NCBI RefSeq assembly: GCF_004010195.1 | Contig: NC_057720.1 | Location: forward strand, 10,399,830 to 10,463,829 | Direction of reading: 5' to 3' | DNA length: 64,000 nt | Source of the DNA: Chiloscyllium plagiosum | Lineage: Eukaryota | Shown here: positions 24,310 to 37,249 of the stretch, piece by piece | How the letters are laid out: each line of letters opens with the position of its first letter | Numbering within the stretch: the stretch's first letter is position 1 | Position numbers and translations under genes: made by a program | The notes under the pieces: generated by a model | Told to the model about the DNA's origin: nothing | Seen by the model: the letters and a program-made list of their open reading frames with translations, nothing else | Databases searched by the model: none

Positions 24310-26620
24310 GAAGCAAAACCTCGCGGCTCTTAACCTCGATCCCCCTGTTAATGAAAGCCAAAACACCATATGCTTTCTTAACAGCCATATCCACTTGGGT
24401 GGCAACTTTGAGGGATCTATGTACTTGCACACCCAGATCCTTCTGTTCCTCCATACTGCCAATATTCAGCATTCGAGTTCGACCTTCCAAAATGCATCAC
24501 TTCGCATTTATCCAGGTTGAGCTCCATCTGCCATTTCCCAGCCCAGTTCTCCATCCTGTCTATGTCGCACTGTAGCCTACAGTAGCCCTCCAAACTATCG
24601 ACGGCACCTCCAACCTTAATGTCATCCGCTAATCTACTAACCCACCCGTCACCCTCCTCATCCAAGTCATTTATAAAACTTACAAAGAGCAGAGGTTCAA
24701 GAACAGAGCCCTGCGGGACCTCACTCAACACTGACCTCCCTGCAGAATACTTTCCATCTACATCCACTCTCTGCCTTCGGTCAGCCAGCCAATTCTGAAT
24801 CCAGATAGCCAAATCTCCCTGTATCCCATGCTTCCTGACTTTATGAATAAACCTACCATGGGGAACCTTATCAAATGTCTTAGTGAAGTCTATATACACC
24901 ACATCTACTGCTCAACCTTCGTCGACCTGTCTTGACACCTCCTCAAAGTACTCATGACCTGCCCCTCACAAAGCAATGCTGACTGCATTTAATCATACTC
25001 TGCTTTGCCAAATAGTTATAGATCCTATCCCTCAGAATTCTTTCCAAAACTTTGCTGACCGCAGATGGAGGACTGACTGGTCTGTAATTGCCAGGGATTT
25101 CCCTATTACCCTTCTTGAAAAGAGGAACAACATTCGCCTTCTTCCAATCCTCTGGTACAACTCCTGTGGAGAGTGACAAGGCAAATATCCTCGCCAGGGG
25201 ATAAGCAACCTCCTTTCTCACTTCCTGGAGCAGCCTAGGATAAATCTGGTCTGGCCCTGGGGACCTATCAATCTTAATGTTTTCCAAAATTTCCAGCACA
25301 TTAACTTCATCAATCTTGATCTGGTCAAGACTGCATCCCAGCTCCTCTAAGTTTTCATTCACAACAAGGTCCTTTCCTTGGTGAAAACCGAAGCAAAAAA
25401 TCATTTAGGGCTTCCCCTATCTGCTCAGACGCCACGCACAGGTTCCCTCTGCTATCCCTGATCGGCCCTACTTTCTCCCTGATCATTCTCTTATTCCTCA
25501 CGTATGAGTAAAATGCCTTTGGGTTCTCCCTAATCCTTCTTGCCAAGCCTTTATCATGCCCCCTCCTGGCTCTCCTCAGTCCATTTCTGAGCTCCTTTCT
25601 AGAAAGCCCGTAATCCACTAAAGCTGTGCTAGATCCTTGCTTCCTCCACCTTACGTAAGCTGCCTTCTTCCTTTTGATGAGAAACTCTGTTTTCGTCATC
25701 CAAGGTTCCTTAATCTTACCCCCTCTTACCTGCCTCAGAGGAACAAATTTGTGCATCACTTGCAACAACTGCTCCTTAAATAGTCTCCACATGTCAGCTG
25801 TGCCCTTTCTGTGGAACAATTGCTCCCAGTCTGTACTTTCAAATTCTTGTCTGATAGAGTCATAATTTCCTTTTCCCCGATTAAATATCTTCCCTCGGTA
25901 ACTGCTACTTTCACTCTCCAAGGCTATGCTAAATGTGAGGCAGCTGTGATCACTGTCACTAAAGTGCTCTCCCACCGTGAGATCTGACACCTGTCCTGGC
26001 TCATTGCCGAGCACCAAATCCAAAATGGCATCTCCCCTCATCGGTCTGTCTACACACTGAGTAAGGAAACCCTCCTGAACACACCTGACAAAAACGGTTC
26101 CATCTAAACCATCTGCACTTAGGAGGTTCCAGTTGATATTGGGAAAGTTGAAATCACCCATAACAACAACCCTGCTACTTCTGCATTTTTCCAGAATCTG
26201 CCCATGTATGAGATCTTCAATCTCTTTACTGCTATTAGGTGGTCTGTAGAAAACCCCAAATATGGTGGCTGTTATCTTGCTGTTCCTAACTTCCACCCAT
26301 ACTGACTCAGTGGTAAAACCTTCGTCAACAACCTTCGTTTCTGTGGTTGTGATGCGCTCTCTGATTAGCAATGCTACGCCCCCTTCTCTTTTTCCACCCT
26401 CCCTGTTCTTTTTAAATGTTCTAAACTCTGGAACATCAAGCAACCGTTCCTGCCCCAGTGAAACCCACGTCTCCGTCATGGCCACAACATCATAGCCCCA
26501 AGTACTGATCCATTCTCTAAGTTCATCACACTTATTTCGGACACTCCTTGCATTAAAGCAGACACGCTTTAAACGATCCCTTTGTTTCATCGCGTGAGAA
26601 ATCTTTACAATAGATTCAAT
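24310..26620 (-). mobile_element. CR1 ORF2: APE endonuclease (open 411 aa) plus frameshifted RT, 3' end missing
   Basis: ORF 25355-26590 has NARS, ETW, YRPP, GDFN, LDLVL and SDH motifs. ORFs 24952-25404 and 24417-24902 have NYRPVS, DFxKxFDKVPH, PQGSVL and LADD. Confidence 0.95.
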
Positions 26621-26699
26621 ATATCCTGTCAGTGCCCCATCTGCAACTGACCCCTCTCAGACATGTGGCTCTGATTCCAACCCCCCCTAACAAACTAGT

Positions 26700-27395
26700 G
26701 CCCAAACAGGCACTAGTTATTAAACTGGAAAGAATGCAGAAGAAATTCACAAGGATGTTGCCAGGTCTTAACAGTCTGAATTGTAAGGAGAGGTTGGACA
26801 AGCAAGGACATTTTTCTTTTGATTGTAGGAGACTGAGGGAGGGATCTTATAGACATGTATAAGATCATGAGAAGTACGGTTAGGGTGAATTCACTCAGTC
26901 TGTTTCCCAGGATTGGGGAATCGAGCACTAGAGGGCATCAGTTTAAGTTTAGAGGTGATGAATCAAAGGGAAAGTGAGGGGAAAGGTTTTTAGACAGAGG
27001 GTGATACGCACATGGAATAAGCTGCCAGCAGAAGTGGTTAAGGCAGGTACATTAACAACATTTAAAAGGCATTTGGACAAATACATGGATAAGAAAGGTT
27101 TAGAAGAATATGGCAGAAGTGGGTACGGAAGATGCTGGAGATAAGAGTCAAGATTGGAGTAGTGCTGGAAAAGCACAACAGGTCAAGTAGTATTCGAGGA
27201 GCAGGATAATTGAAGTTTTGACCCAAAGGCCTTCACCAGGGCATTCCTGACCTGCTGTGTTTTTCCAGCACTACTCTAATGTTGAATTAGAAGAATATGG
27301 ACCAAGTGCAGGGTTGGTGTGGATGGACATTTTGGTTGTCATGCACCGGTTTGGGCCAAAGAGCCTGTTTCTGTGCTGTAGGACGCAATGACTCT
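26700..27395 (+). mobile_element. CR1 3' fragment interrupted by a fold-back element
   Basis: KLERMQKKFTRMLPGL motif; insertion at 27114-27286. Confidence 0.85.
27114..27286. mobile_element. Penelope pLTR-derived fold-back insertion within a CR1
   Basis: Exact 14-bp TSD TTAGAAGAATATGG at 27100-27113 and 27287-27300. Confidence 0.85.
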
Positions 27396-29169
27396 CATGT
27401 GCAGGGATGCCTTGACGATGGTGTATGGTTTTATGGTGTGGTAAACCACTGAGTTGTGAGATCTCCATATCCTTTGAGTGCTATCTGTTTCTATTCCTAC
27501 TGTGGCTGGAATGGTACTGCACATAATGCCTAAACTTTCACAATATTCATTGCAAAAGATTCTCCCAGCCTTTACAGTCCATGAAAAGCTAAATAATGGT
27601 GTTGGGCAATGGGGGATGGGAAATGTAAACACGAATGAGTTTACTGACCCCTTCCTTACTGTGATAAAATATTGCCTTCTACTGTTGCATGTCATTCTTC
27701 ACTGTGTTTTAACGCAATGGTCAAAATCTTGTGCCTTTCCCCAGGAGGACTTCCTGCCACAAACTTCTCACCTCCAGCCTGGTAAATCCATAGCAGGATG
27801 ATATTACAACTGTGCTTTTGAGGCCTTGATGTTCACTCAAGGGCAATGTCCCACCACCAATGGTGTTAACCAGAAAAGTGGACAGAATACCCACACGTGG
27901 ACAAGCCACCATGCAAACCCTCTTGGGTTTACTTGCAGGCATCTGGGGACAGGTCCTCTTTCAAAGTCATTCGGTATCTGAACAAGGGGCTAAATGTTAG
28001 GAAGGGGGTAGGCTGCTGACAGCCAATCTTTCTCCACTTTCTGCCAACTCTCCCCACCCAGTTACCATCCTTCCTCCTTTTCCACCATCATGCACCTTTC
28101 TTCCTGGGTTCATTGTTTATTCAAAGCCTTGTTTATGTGTCATACCGGCAACAGCCACCACCTAGCTACAGCCACTGCTGAATCAAGAGGAGCGATTCCG
28201 CTCTGATTGGCTGGCAGCTCCAAGCTCAGACACCTTCCCACTACACTCAGGGTCCTTCATCATGCACCAAGGCATCTAGCTGGCTTGGTAAATGCCCAAT
28301 TTGTGCAAGATACATTGAGTGTTCTTGAAAAGATGTGGCTCTGGTGTCACGCATGCTGATACCAATAGTTGAGATTGCTGTTGCCTCATCCTTGGACAGG
28401 CATCATTGTAAGCTCTTCATACACTACAGTTTAAAATTAAAACTAACTAATCTAACCCTAACTCTATTGTAGCTGATGGGCCCACGAGACAAGTCAGATC
28501 CCAGGATGAAATCTGGCTTCATTGGTTTTTGCTTTGGTTTAGCTGACTGCCTTAAATCCATTGTCAATAGGATTTCGGGCACATTCAGGATTATCCAGCA
28601 ATTGTTGTCCAATCTCAAAGATTTGAGCAAGAAGTGAAACTACCTGTTTCACTTTCTTACTGTGCAGTAATAAAACAAATGGGGTTCACCAACAAATACA
28701 TACTGACATCAAACCCAAAAACACAGTGTCTGACATCAGATGTAAGTTTGGGCTACATTTGCTGGATATGAGTGTGAGGAATTATGCCGACAACCGGTCT
28801 AGGGTCGTCCGCCAGGCTCGCAGTGTGGTGCCCTTGTGTGGGCTGGAAGTTCCATGTAATAACACACCAGGCCCTGGACAGGCAGAAATTACATGTACAC
28901 ACTCTGTTCCTACTGCAACTCAACAAGTAGGTGACAGTCGGCCATTGGTTAATTTCTCAGGGCCTGGCTAATTAGAATCAACCCACTTGGTTAATAACTT
29001 AACAGATTTGACTGTTAGCTGTCAATCAATATTAATGAGTATATTTTCCATGGCGATGTCTCTACCAATCAGAGATCACTTGCCAACCAACTGACAGTCT
29101 CCCCTGATGTGATATAAATATTGAAATCCCCTTGATTTTGTATTCTTGTGCCAGATACAAGATGAGAAA

Positions 29170-29960
29170 CAGAAGAGCATCGAACAATACAGCACAGGTC
29201 CAGGCCCTTCAGTCCTCCAAGTCTGCACTGACACATCTCACCCTGACATACTAAAACCGTTGTCACCTACAGGATCCATATTCCTCTTATTCCCTTCCTA
29301 TTTATGTATTTGTCCAGGTGCTTCTTAAATGCTGCTTCCACCAGCCCCTCTGGCAGCATGCTCCTGGTATTCACCACGCTTTGTGTGAAAAACGTGTCGC
29401 ACACATCTCCTTTAAACCTTCCCCCACCCCCGCACCTTGAACCCGTGCCCCCTAGTAATTGACCCCTCGACCCTGGGAAAAAGCTTCATACTTTCCACTC
29501 TCTCCATGCCATTCACAATCTTATAAATGTCTATAAAGCACCCCTGAAACTCCTGAATTGCACTGAAAACAAACCCAGTCTCTCCATGACTTGGAGGTGC
29601 CGGTGTTGGACTGGGGTGGATAAAGTTAAAAATCACACAACACGAGGTTATAGCCCAACAGGTTTAATTGGAAGCACTAGCTTTTGGAGCGCGGCTCCTT
29701 CATCAGGTTGTTGCTTCCAAATAAACCTGTTGGACTATAACCTGGCGTTGTGTGATTTTTAACCCAGTCGATCCAACCTTCCTTCATCACTAAAGTCTCC
29801 CACACCAGATAACGTCCTGGCAAACATTTTCTGTACGCTCTCTGAAACATCCACATCCTTCAGGGTATGTGATGACCAGAACAGTACATAATATTTCAAG
29901 GGCAGTCTGACTAAATTTCTATAAAGCTGTAGCATAACTTGCCTATCACTGCATTAAATC
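29170..29960 (-). mobile_element. CR1 3' fragment interrupted by a fold-back element
   Basis: IDIYKIVNGMERV...ITRGHGFKVRG; insertion at 29587-29760. Confidence 0.8.
29587..29760. mobile_element. Fold-back insertion of a second hammerhead-bearing family within a CR1
   Basis: AAAAATCACACAAC...GTTGTGTGATTTTT inverted arms; ~15-bp TSD AACCCAGTC(TC/GA)TCCA at 29572-29586 and 29761-29775. Confidence 0.85.
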
Positions 29961-30993
29961 TGCCTTTTTTCTCCCATTACTCAAGTTCTGTCCAACCAAA
30001 CAAATATTGAAGTTATTACATATATGTATATACATATGTAGAATATATATATAAATTACACACCTTTCATTACAGTATCTTAGGTGTCATATTTGTTTAT
30101 AGGTTCTCAAACAATACAATTCACTTAAACATTTACTGCATTATAAAAAACCTTTTCCTCATGCTGCATTTTCCCCACAGAACAATGCATGATGTTCATT
30201 TGTTTGTTCTTTTTACCTTTAGGCCAAACCAGTAAAACATTAATCATTACTAAATTTCAGACCAAAGCCAGAGGAGAGAAGAGAGTTTGAACAAAACTGT
30301 TTGACAAAAGACTCAGAATAAAACAAGATGATAAAAAGAGCAAATTCAAGGGCAGAGAGAAACAAGTTTGAACAAAAAGAAATTAACTCAAAGAGGAGAA
30401 ATTCAAATTGAAACAAGAGGCAGAAATAAAACCAGAAAATACCAGAACCCTGCTGCAGGTCAGGAAGCTGCTCTGGAAAGAGAAATGTCGGCTTAATTGT
30501 TCAGGGATAACTACACATCAGATCATGCTGCTTGATAGTGTTGGTGCTGGGGAGATGATTCCTCTGGTCAGGAAATCATTGGCTCAGGATGGGTTGTTGG
30601 CCATTTAGGACTGGGTTGAAGCAAAATTTCTTCACTGAGAAGGTTATAAGCTTTGGAACTAAAAGCCAAAGTGCAGGTGAAATACAGCCGGTCACAGAAA
30701 AACTGGAGACAGAAAAAGAGTTATGTTTCATGTCTGATATCAGACTCGAAACATTAATTCTGTTTCTCTCTCTACGGATACTGCAAGAGTTCCTGTGTTT
30801 CTCCAATATTATCTGTGTTTGTATGAGTTTCTGCACACCTATTCCCCTCACATCAGGTAGCCAAGGCCAGAAACATGTCCTGTGGGAAATTCTAGGCAAG
30901 TCCTGCAGATCAAGACTTTTCATGAAACGGTCATGCTCATTAAGTCTGTGTGGTCTGGGTCTAATTAAGATATGTGTCTTCCTCTTTTTGTAG

Positions 30994-31221
30994 GCAAAAT
31001 TCAAATAAGTCCACCAATACCTTCAGTCAATGTGGATGATCTTGAGGCTGACATAGGAGATTTCAACAGGGTCAAGTCAGGAGGATCCATTTCAGTTACC
31101 GAAGGGACACTCAATGTTGACATTCCACCGTGTAAAATCACAGACCTTCAAGCAACATTAGCTCAAAATAAAGTTGTGTTGGAATGGACAGCACCAGGAG
31201 AGGACTATGATGAGGGAGCAG
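30994..31221 (+). CDS. CLCA: CLCA-family penultimate coding exon (exon 13 equivalent, start of FN3 domain)
   Basis: 228 nt, phase 1-1, TTTTTGTAG acceptor and GTAATT donor. GKIQISPP...DFNRVKSGGSISV...PPCKITDLQA...LEWTAPGEDYDEG contains the CLCA PP.(K/Q)ITDL..WTAPG.DYD.G motif. No stops. Confidence 0.92.
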
Positions 31222-31392
31222 GTAATTGTTGCTAAACATTGGCTATTTATGTCGATATTTTCTTTGTGGGACTGAATTAAATAGATCGTTGGTGAATGCT
31301 GATGAAAAATTGAGATATTCTATATGGACGAAATGCACCCACCAGAGGAAGAGCGGCACCAAGTCAAGTCTTAGTGAAATGGTGAATTTAGA

Positions 31393-31720
31393 TATGGCAC
31401 AGTGGCTAAGTGGTTAGCACTGCTATCTCCCAGTACCAGGGACCTAGGTGCAATTCCAGCCTCGGGTGACTGCCTGTGTGGAGTTTGTACATTCTCCCTG
31501 TGTCTGTGTGGGTGTCCTCCGGGTGCTATGGTTTCCTCCCACAAGCCAAATATTTGCGGTTAAGTTGAATTGGCCATGCTAAATTGCCCATAGTGTTCAG
31601 GGTAGGTTAAGTGCATTAGTCAAGGGTAACTGTTAAGGAATGGGTCTGGGTGGGGTACTTTTCAGAGGGTTGGTGTGGACTTGCTGGACTGAAGAGACTG
31701 TTACCACATTGTAGGGATTC
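31393..31720 (+). mobile_element. HE1-like SINE in the last CLCA intron
   Basis: Same head, body and tail as other copies. Confidence 0.85.
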
Positions 31721-32530
31721 ATTGATTGCTTGCGTTCTGCTTTGATTAATAAATTGTGATGTTTGTGTTACGATGTAACAATGCGCTGTTTTCCCGTGAA
31801 TGGTAAAGCTCAACATTGATGGTATTCTACTGTTTGAGCCCATTAATCAGGCAATACCCACCTACAACTCCATTCTGCTGCTGTTAGTATTAATCCAGTG
31901 GTGGGGGAGGGACCCCATTGCAGAGGGCACAAGAAGCAAAGCCTGGCGTATAGGCTTGGAGTTTTCTAGAGGGGTTCCCTCTTTCAACAATACTGAAATG
32001 GACACAGCATTAAGGGGTTATGATGGGGGAGGGGTGTTGCTGTCCACCAGCAGCCACCCTTCCCATTGCACCCCACACTCCCCCAGCTTGATATTGAATC
32101 TCCCAGCTCCCCCACCCAACAACCCAACATCCAGCAACCCACTTCCTGCCATCACTTACCTGGGTCCTTCCTTGGCCCTCAGGTGTATGCAGTGCCAGCA
32201 GCAGCTAATGGTTCCCAAGTGTCACTGAGCAACATCGATAAATTGGCCAGCAGCTCTCAGTGGATGGGTCTTTTCCAGCGCACAACACCAGTCCCCCCCC
32301 ACCAACAAAGTATTTCCCAATCTTGGCTCCTGCCGAGTACCTGACTGGTGCACTTTTCCAAAATGAGATGAAGCATGGGTTGCTCTGCTCTCCTGCCACA
32401 AACCAAGACCCGACCCCGCTGTTTACCTCAGGTTCCACACTTTACCTCGATTTAGAAAGTCACCATTGTTCAGTTTAGATGTGAACACATTCATTTCTTC
32501 TCTCTCTTCTTTCATTTCTTCTTTTCACAG

Positions 32531-32928
32531 CGTCCCGCTATGAGATGAGAATGAGTGACCACCTCCTCCAGCTACGGGACAACTTCACAGCAGCTGCCCT
32601 GGTTAACCTCACCAACTTGAATCCACGTCCATTTGGCTCAAGGGAAACATTCACATTTGTTCCCAAAAACACGGAACTGCAAAACGGGACAACGCTCTAC
32701 TTCGCTCTCTGCGCCTACGATAAACAGGAACAGTCATCTGAAATGTCTAATGTGGCCAAGGTTTATGTCTTTGTATCTGCACCTCTGGTTGAGCACCCAA
32801 AAGGCAGTAGTGTATGGAAGGTGATTTGGATTGCTATTGTCGTTGCAATTCTGGTGTGTTTGATTATTGGGATTGTCGATTACCTGGTTCAGAAAAAAGG
32901 CAAAAGCAAAGCTTTTATACTAGTTTAA
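32531..32928 (+). CDS. CLCA: CLCA-family terminal coding exon (FN3 end, transmembrane helix, short basic tail)
   Basis: Long polypyrimidine tract and CAG acceptor, in phase with exon 13. SRYEMRMS...LRDNF...ETFTFVP...NGTTLYFA...SEMSNVA, then hydrophobic VIWIAIVVAILVCLIIGIV, KKGKSK and TAA. Confidence 0.92.
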
Positions 32929-33699
32929 CATCCTTGCTGGAGGAATGAGCAGGGAGCATGCAATTAATTGGTCTAATTATTCAAACACTCAATCAGATAA
33001 CACTGTATGGTATAAAGATTTTGTGCTGAAGGGTTGTAGTCCATGAATGTCCATGGTATATCTTCAATATTCATGCTATTTTCCAGGGATTTCACAGCTT
33101 TTCTACCAATGTTGTGGTGCACCTTTCCTTGTTATTGGCTTGGAAGAGATAGGAAACTGCATGGATAAATGCAGGAAGGATGTTCCTGACAACTAGGGAG
33201 TCCAGAACCAGGGTCACAGTCCAGAGATACAGAGTCGGCCTTTTAAGACTGGAATAAAGAGAAATTCCTTCGCCCAGAGCATCATCAGCCTGTGGAACTC
33301 TCTGCCAAAGAAAGCGGTTTTGATCAAAACATTGAATGTTTCCAGGAGTTGGATACAGTTCTCATGGCTAAAGGGTATGGAGAGAAAGCAGGGACCAGGT
33401 ACTAAGTTGGATGTTTTGCCATGATCACATTGAACGGTGGAGTACGCTGGAAGGAACGAATGGTCAACTCCTGCTCCTATTTTCTGTGTTTCTCTGTTTA
33501 AACTGAAAAGGTATGACAGACACAGCCCAGGGGACATAAGCTTTGGTTCTCACCCATCTTTATATCTTATTTTTTGGAACTTGGGCAATTCTGAGTGCTC
33601 TCCCATTCTGTGTAATTGATTTAAAAAATATTATTCTCCTCTTTTGCCTCGAAAATAAATCAATATAAGGTGTAATCAGATTGGTGTCTTTTTGGAGAG

Positions 33700-34505
33700 G
33701 CTGTCAGTTTTTGTCCATTCACTTAACCTGACTGTATCACTCTGTAGACTCTCTGTCATACCCACCACTCACCTTCCCACCTATACTTTTGTGTCAGTCA
33801 CAAACTGGGCGGTAGTACATTCACCTTCCTCATCCAAATCATCAATATCTATTGTGAACCATTGTGGCAACAACATGGACTCTTGTCACACACCACTCAT
33901 TACAGGTTGCCAACCTGAAAATGTAACTGTATCACTCTGTAGACTCTCTGTCATACCCACCACTCACCTTCCCACCTATACTTTTGTGTCAGTCACAAAC
34001 TGGGCGGTAGTACATTCATCTTCCTCATCCAGATCATCAATATCTATTGTGAATCATTTTGGCAACAACACGGACTCTTGTCACACACTACTCATTACGG
34101 GTTGCCAACCTGAAAATGTACCCCTGATGCCAACTCCATCTTTTCAAGCAAACCATCATTGAGTGGTCGTGGATGGAAAGTATTCCACCTGGAGGTCAGT
34201 GACCAGTGGTGTCCTGCAGGGATCTGTTCCTGAGCTTCTACTCTTTGTAGTTTTTATAAATGACTTGGATGAAGAAGTGGAAGGATGGGTTAGTAAGTTT
34301 GACAATGACACAAAGGTAGGTGGTGTTGTAGATAGTGTCAAGGGGTGTTGCAGGTTACGACATGACACTGATGGGATACAGAGCTGGACTGAGAAGTGGC
34401 AGATGGAGTTCAACCTGGATAAATGTGTAGAGATTCATTTTGGAAGGTCGAATTTGAACGCTGAAGACAGGGTTAAAGACACGATTCTTGGTAGTGTGGA
34501 GGATC
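33700..34505. mobile_element. Two opposed CR1 RT fragments: minus 33700-34160 (195-bp tandem duplication) and plus 34163-34505
   Basis: 33731-33925 is repeated at 33926-34120. The plus fragment reads SGVLQGSV...FINDLDEEVEGWVSKF. Confidence 0.8.
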
Positions 34506-34654
34506 GGTACGGCCTCCCTCCCTCCTCCCTCTCTCCCTCTCACCCTCTTCACTTCCTCCATCCTCCCTCCTTCCCTCCCTCATTTTGCTGGGTTTTTATC
34601 GGTTTGCTGCCTCGATTCCAGCCTAGTCCTTGACAGTGTCTTCAACCGGAACTG

Positions 34655-34910
34655 CCCTTCCTGTCAGATTCCCAGTCCTGGCTTCCTGTTGCTGTTGCAT
34701 CCCAGGCCCGGACTCCCCCCTTACTGTCAGATCCCAGGCCCGGCATCCTTCCTTGCTGTTGGATTCCAGGACTGGACTCTCCCCTTGCTTTTGGATCCCA
34801 GGCTTGGGCTCCCGCTAGCTGTTGGATCCGGAGCCCGGACTCTCCCCTCCCCAATCCTGGGCCCAGACTCCCCCTTGCTGTTGGATCCCAGGCTGAGATT
34901 CCCACTCCCA
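34655..34910. repeat. GC-rich ~31-32-bp minisatellite
   Basis: About 7-8 diverged units of CCTTGCTGTTGGATCCCAGGCCCGGACTCC. Confidence 0.8.
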
Positions 34911-35543
34911 GACCTTACCTGATGCGAGCTGTGGATGTCTGATTTGGACATGCAGAGACAGGACTGTGGGGATCCTGGAGAAAGCACCAACGTGAGTTCA
35001 ATCAGTGCATAAACATATGAAATAATTATATTATATTTATCAGTTTGACATTTCATCAGGAAGTCTTATTGTCAAATATTTGCTTTAAGCAGAAAAAACT
35101 GCGAATGCTGTAAATCAGAAATTGCTAGAAAAGCTCAGAATTTTGACCTGATATTCTAAATTTGGCCCACTTCCCTGTAAGCCTTTCCCATTTATGTAAC
35201 CATCCAGATGTCTTTCAAATATTGTAATTGTACTGAGGAAGGGTCACTTGACCTGAAATGTTAAATTTGATTTCTCTCTGCAGATGCAGTTACACATGCT
35301 GAGCTTTTCCTATAAAATAGTATTCTGTCTTTATGCAGTGAAAAAGATTTGGCATATTTTAAGATGTCTCTGATGTACACCAAGTCCTATTATAGCTATT
35401 CAATAAAGACATGTAAATCACAGGCTTTTTGTCTTTTTATGTATCAACTCTCTTCTTGCCATCACATTATTTTACATTGTGAAATGATGACTTAAATAAC
35501 TGGCCGAGGTTAAAGTCAGAAGTCACATGACACCAGATGATAG

Positions 35544-37203
35544 AGTCGAAAAGTGTGGTGCTGGAAAAGCAGGTCAAGCAGCATTCGAGGAGCAGGAGAG
35601 TTGGTCTTTTGGACATAGGCCTTTCATCATGTTTGTTGGGGAAGCGGGCTGAGTGGTAAATAGGAGGATAGGGGTGGGCAGGGGGAAGGTAGCTGGGAAG
35701 GCAATAGATGGATGCAAGTAGGAGGGTGACTGTGATAGGTGAATGGGGAGTGTAAAGCAGTCAGGTGGGAAGGAATATGGACAGATGGGGCAAGTCAAGA
35801 GGGCAGTGCCGAGTTGGAGGGTTGGGTCTGGGATGAGGTGGGTGGAGGAGAGATTTGGAAATTAGTGAAATCAAAGTTGATGCTGTGCGGTTGGAGGGTC
35901 CAAAAGTGGAGGATGAGGCGTTCTTCCTCAAGTTGTTGGGTGGCTTGGATTTGGCAGTGGAGGAGGCCCAGGACATGCACGTCCTTGGAGGGGGAGTTGA
36001 AGTGGTCAGCCATAGGGCAGTGGGGTTGTTGGCTGCATGTGTCTCAGAGATGTTCCCTGAAACGTCCGCAAGTTGACGTCCTATCTTCCAAAGTAGAGGA
36101 GACTACATTGAGAGTAATGGACAAAGTAGGTGAGGTGTTTGAAAGTGCAGGAAAATCTCTGCCAGATGTGACAAGATCCTTTGGGGCCTTGGATGGAGGT
36201 GATGGGGGAGGTGTGGGCGCAGGTTTTACGCCTCTTGCAGTGACAAGAAAGGTGCTGAGAGTGTAGGGTGTTTTTTGTGGGGTGTGGACCTAACGAGGGA
36301 GTCACGGAGGGAATGGTCTCTGTGGAACATAGGTAGGGGAATACGTGTCTGGTGTTGGGGTCTGATTTTAGGTGGAGAATATGCCACTGGATAATGCTCT
36401 GTATCCAGAGATTAGTGCGGTAGAAGATGAGGATCAGGGAGCTGCAGTTGGAGGGGTGGGGTTCAATGGCAGAGGTGTGGGAAGTGGATGATATGTACTG
36501 GAGGGCATTGTTGATCACATGGCAGGGGAAATTGGTGTCCTGGAAATAGGAGGCCATCTAGCATGTCCTGGTGTGGAATTGCTCCTCTTAGGAGCAGATA
36601 TAGATGGGGTGGAGAAATTGGGAGTAAGGGATTGCATTTTTACAGGGGGACAGGGGTGGGAAGAGGTGTAGTTCAGGTAGTTGTGGGAGTCAGTGGAATT
36701 AAAATAGATGTCAATGTTGGGTCTGTCACCAGAGATGGTGATGGAGAGGTCCAGGAAATGGAGAGAGGTGTGAAATGGTCCAGGTGAACTTAAGGTCAAG
36801 GTGGAATGTGGTCATGAGGTTGATGAACTGTTCCACCTCCTCCTGGGAGCACAAGGTGGTGCCAATACAGTCACTAATCTAGCAGAGGAAGGGGTGGGGA
36901 ATGGTGCCGGTGTAACTGTGCAAGATGGACTGTTTCACATATCCTACAAAAGGGCAAGCATAGCTGGGGCCAATATGGATGCCCATGGCTATCCCTTTGG
37001 TCTGAAGGAAATGGAGGATTCGAAGGGGAATTTGTTGAGGGTGAGGACTGGTTCCACCACTCAAATTAGTTTGTCATTGTAGGGGCTTATGTCTGAAATC
37101 TCAACTCTCCTGCTCCTCGGATGCTGCGTGACCTGCTGTGCTTTTCCAGTGCCACAATGTTTGACTCTGACTCTCCAGCATCTTCATTCCTTACTTTCTC
37201 TCA
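35544..37203 (-). mobile_element. Penelope-like element fragment (RT C-terminus + GIY-YIG) bounded by inverted pseudo-LTRs
   Basis: FLQTKGIAMG..GPSYAC (RT), FLDLSI, and C..C..FSC...Y...CSLLYFG (GIY-YIG-like). Inverted termini at 35544-35630 and 37082-37203. 15-bp TSD GACACCAGAT(G/T)ATAG at 35529-35543 and 37204-37218. Confidence 0.88.
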
Positions 37204-37249
37204 GACACCAGATTATAGTCCAACAGATTTATTTGAAATCACAAGCTTT

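Noticed and set aside
30576..31004. Overlapping 134-142-aa ORFs upstream of CLCA exon 13
   Set aside because: Intronic sequence containing repeat remnants; no CLCA exon 12 motif (DG.YSRYF).
34488..35056. Pro/Leu/Gly-rich ORFs on both strands
   Set aside because: Produced by low-complexity sequence and the GC-rich minisatellite.
35395..35445. AATAAA plus U-rich tract as the CLCA poly(A) site
   Set aside because: Plausible, but other AATAAA hexamers lie closer (about 33254 and 33654) and it cannot be chosen without transcript data.
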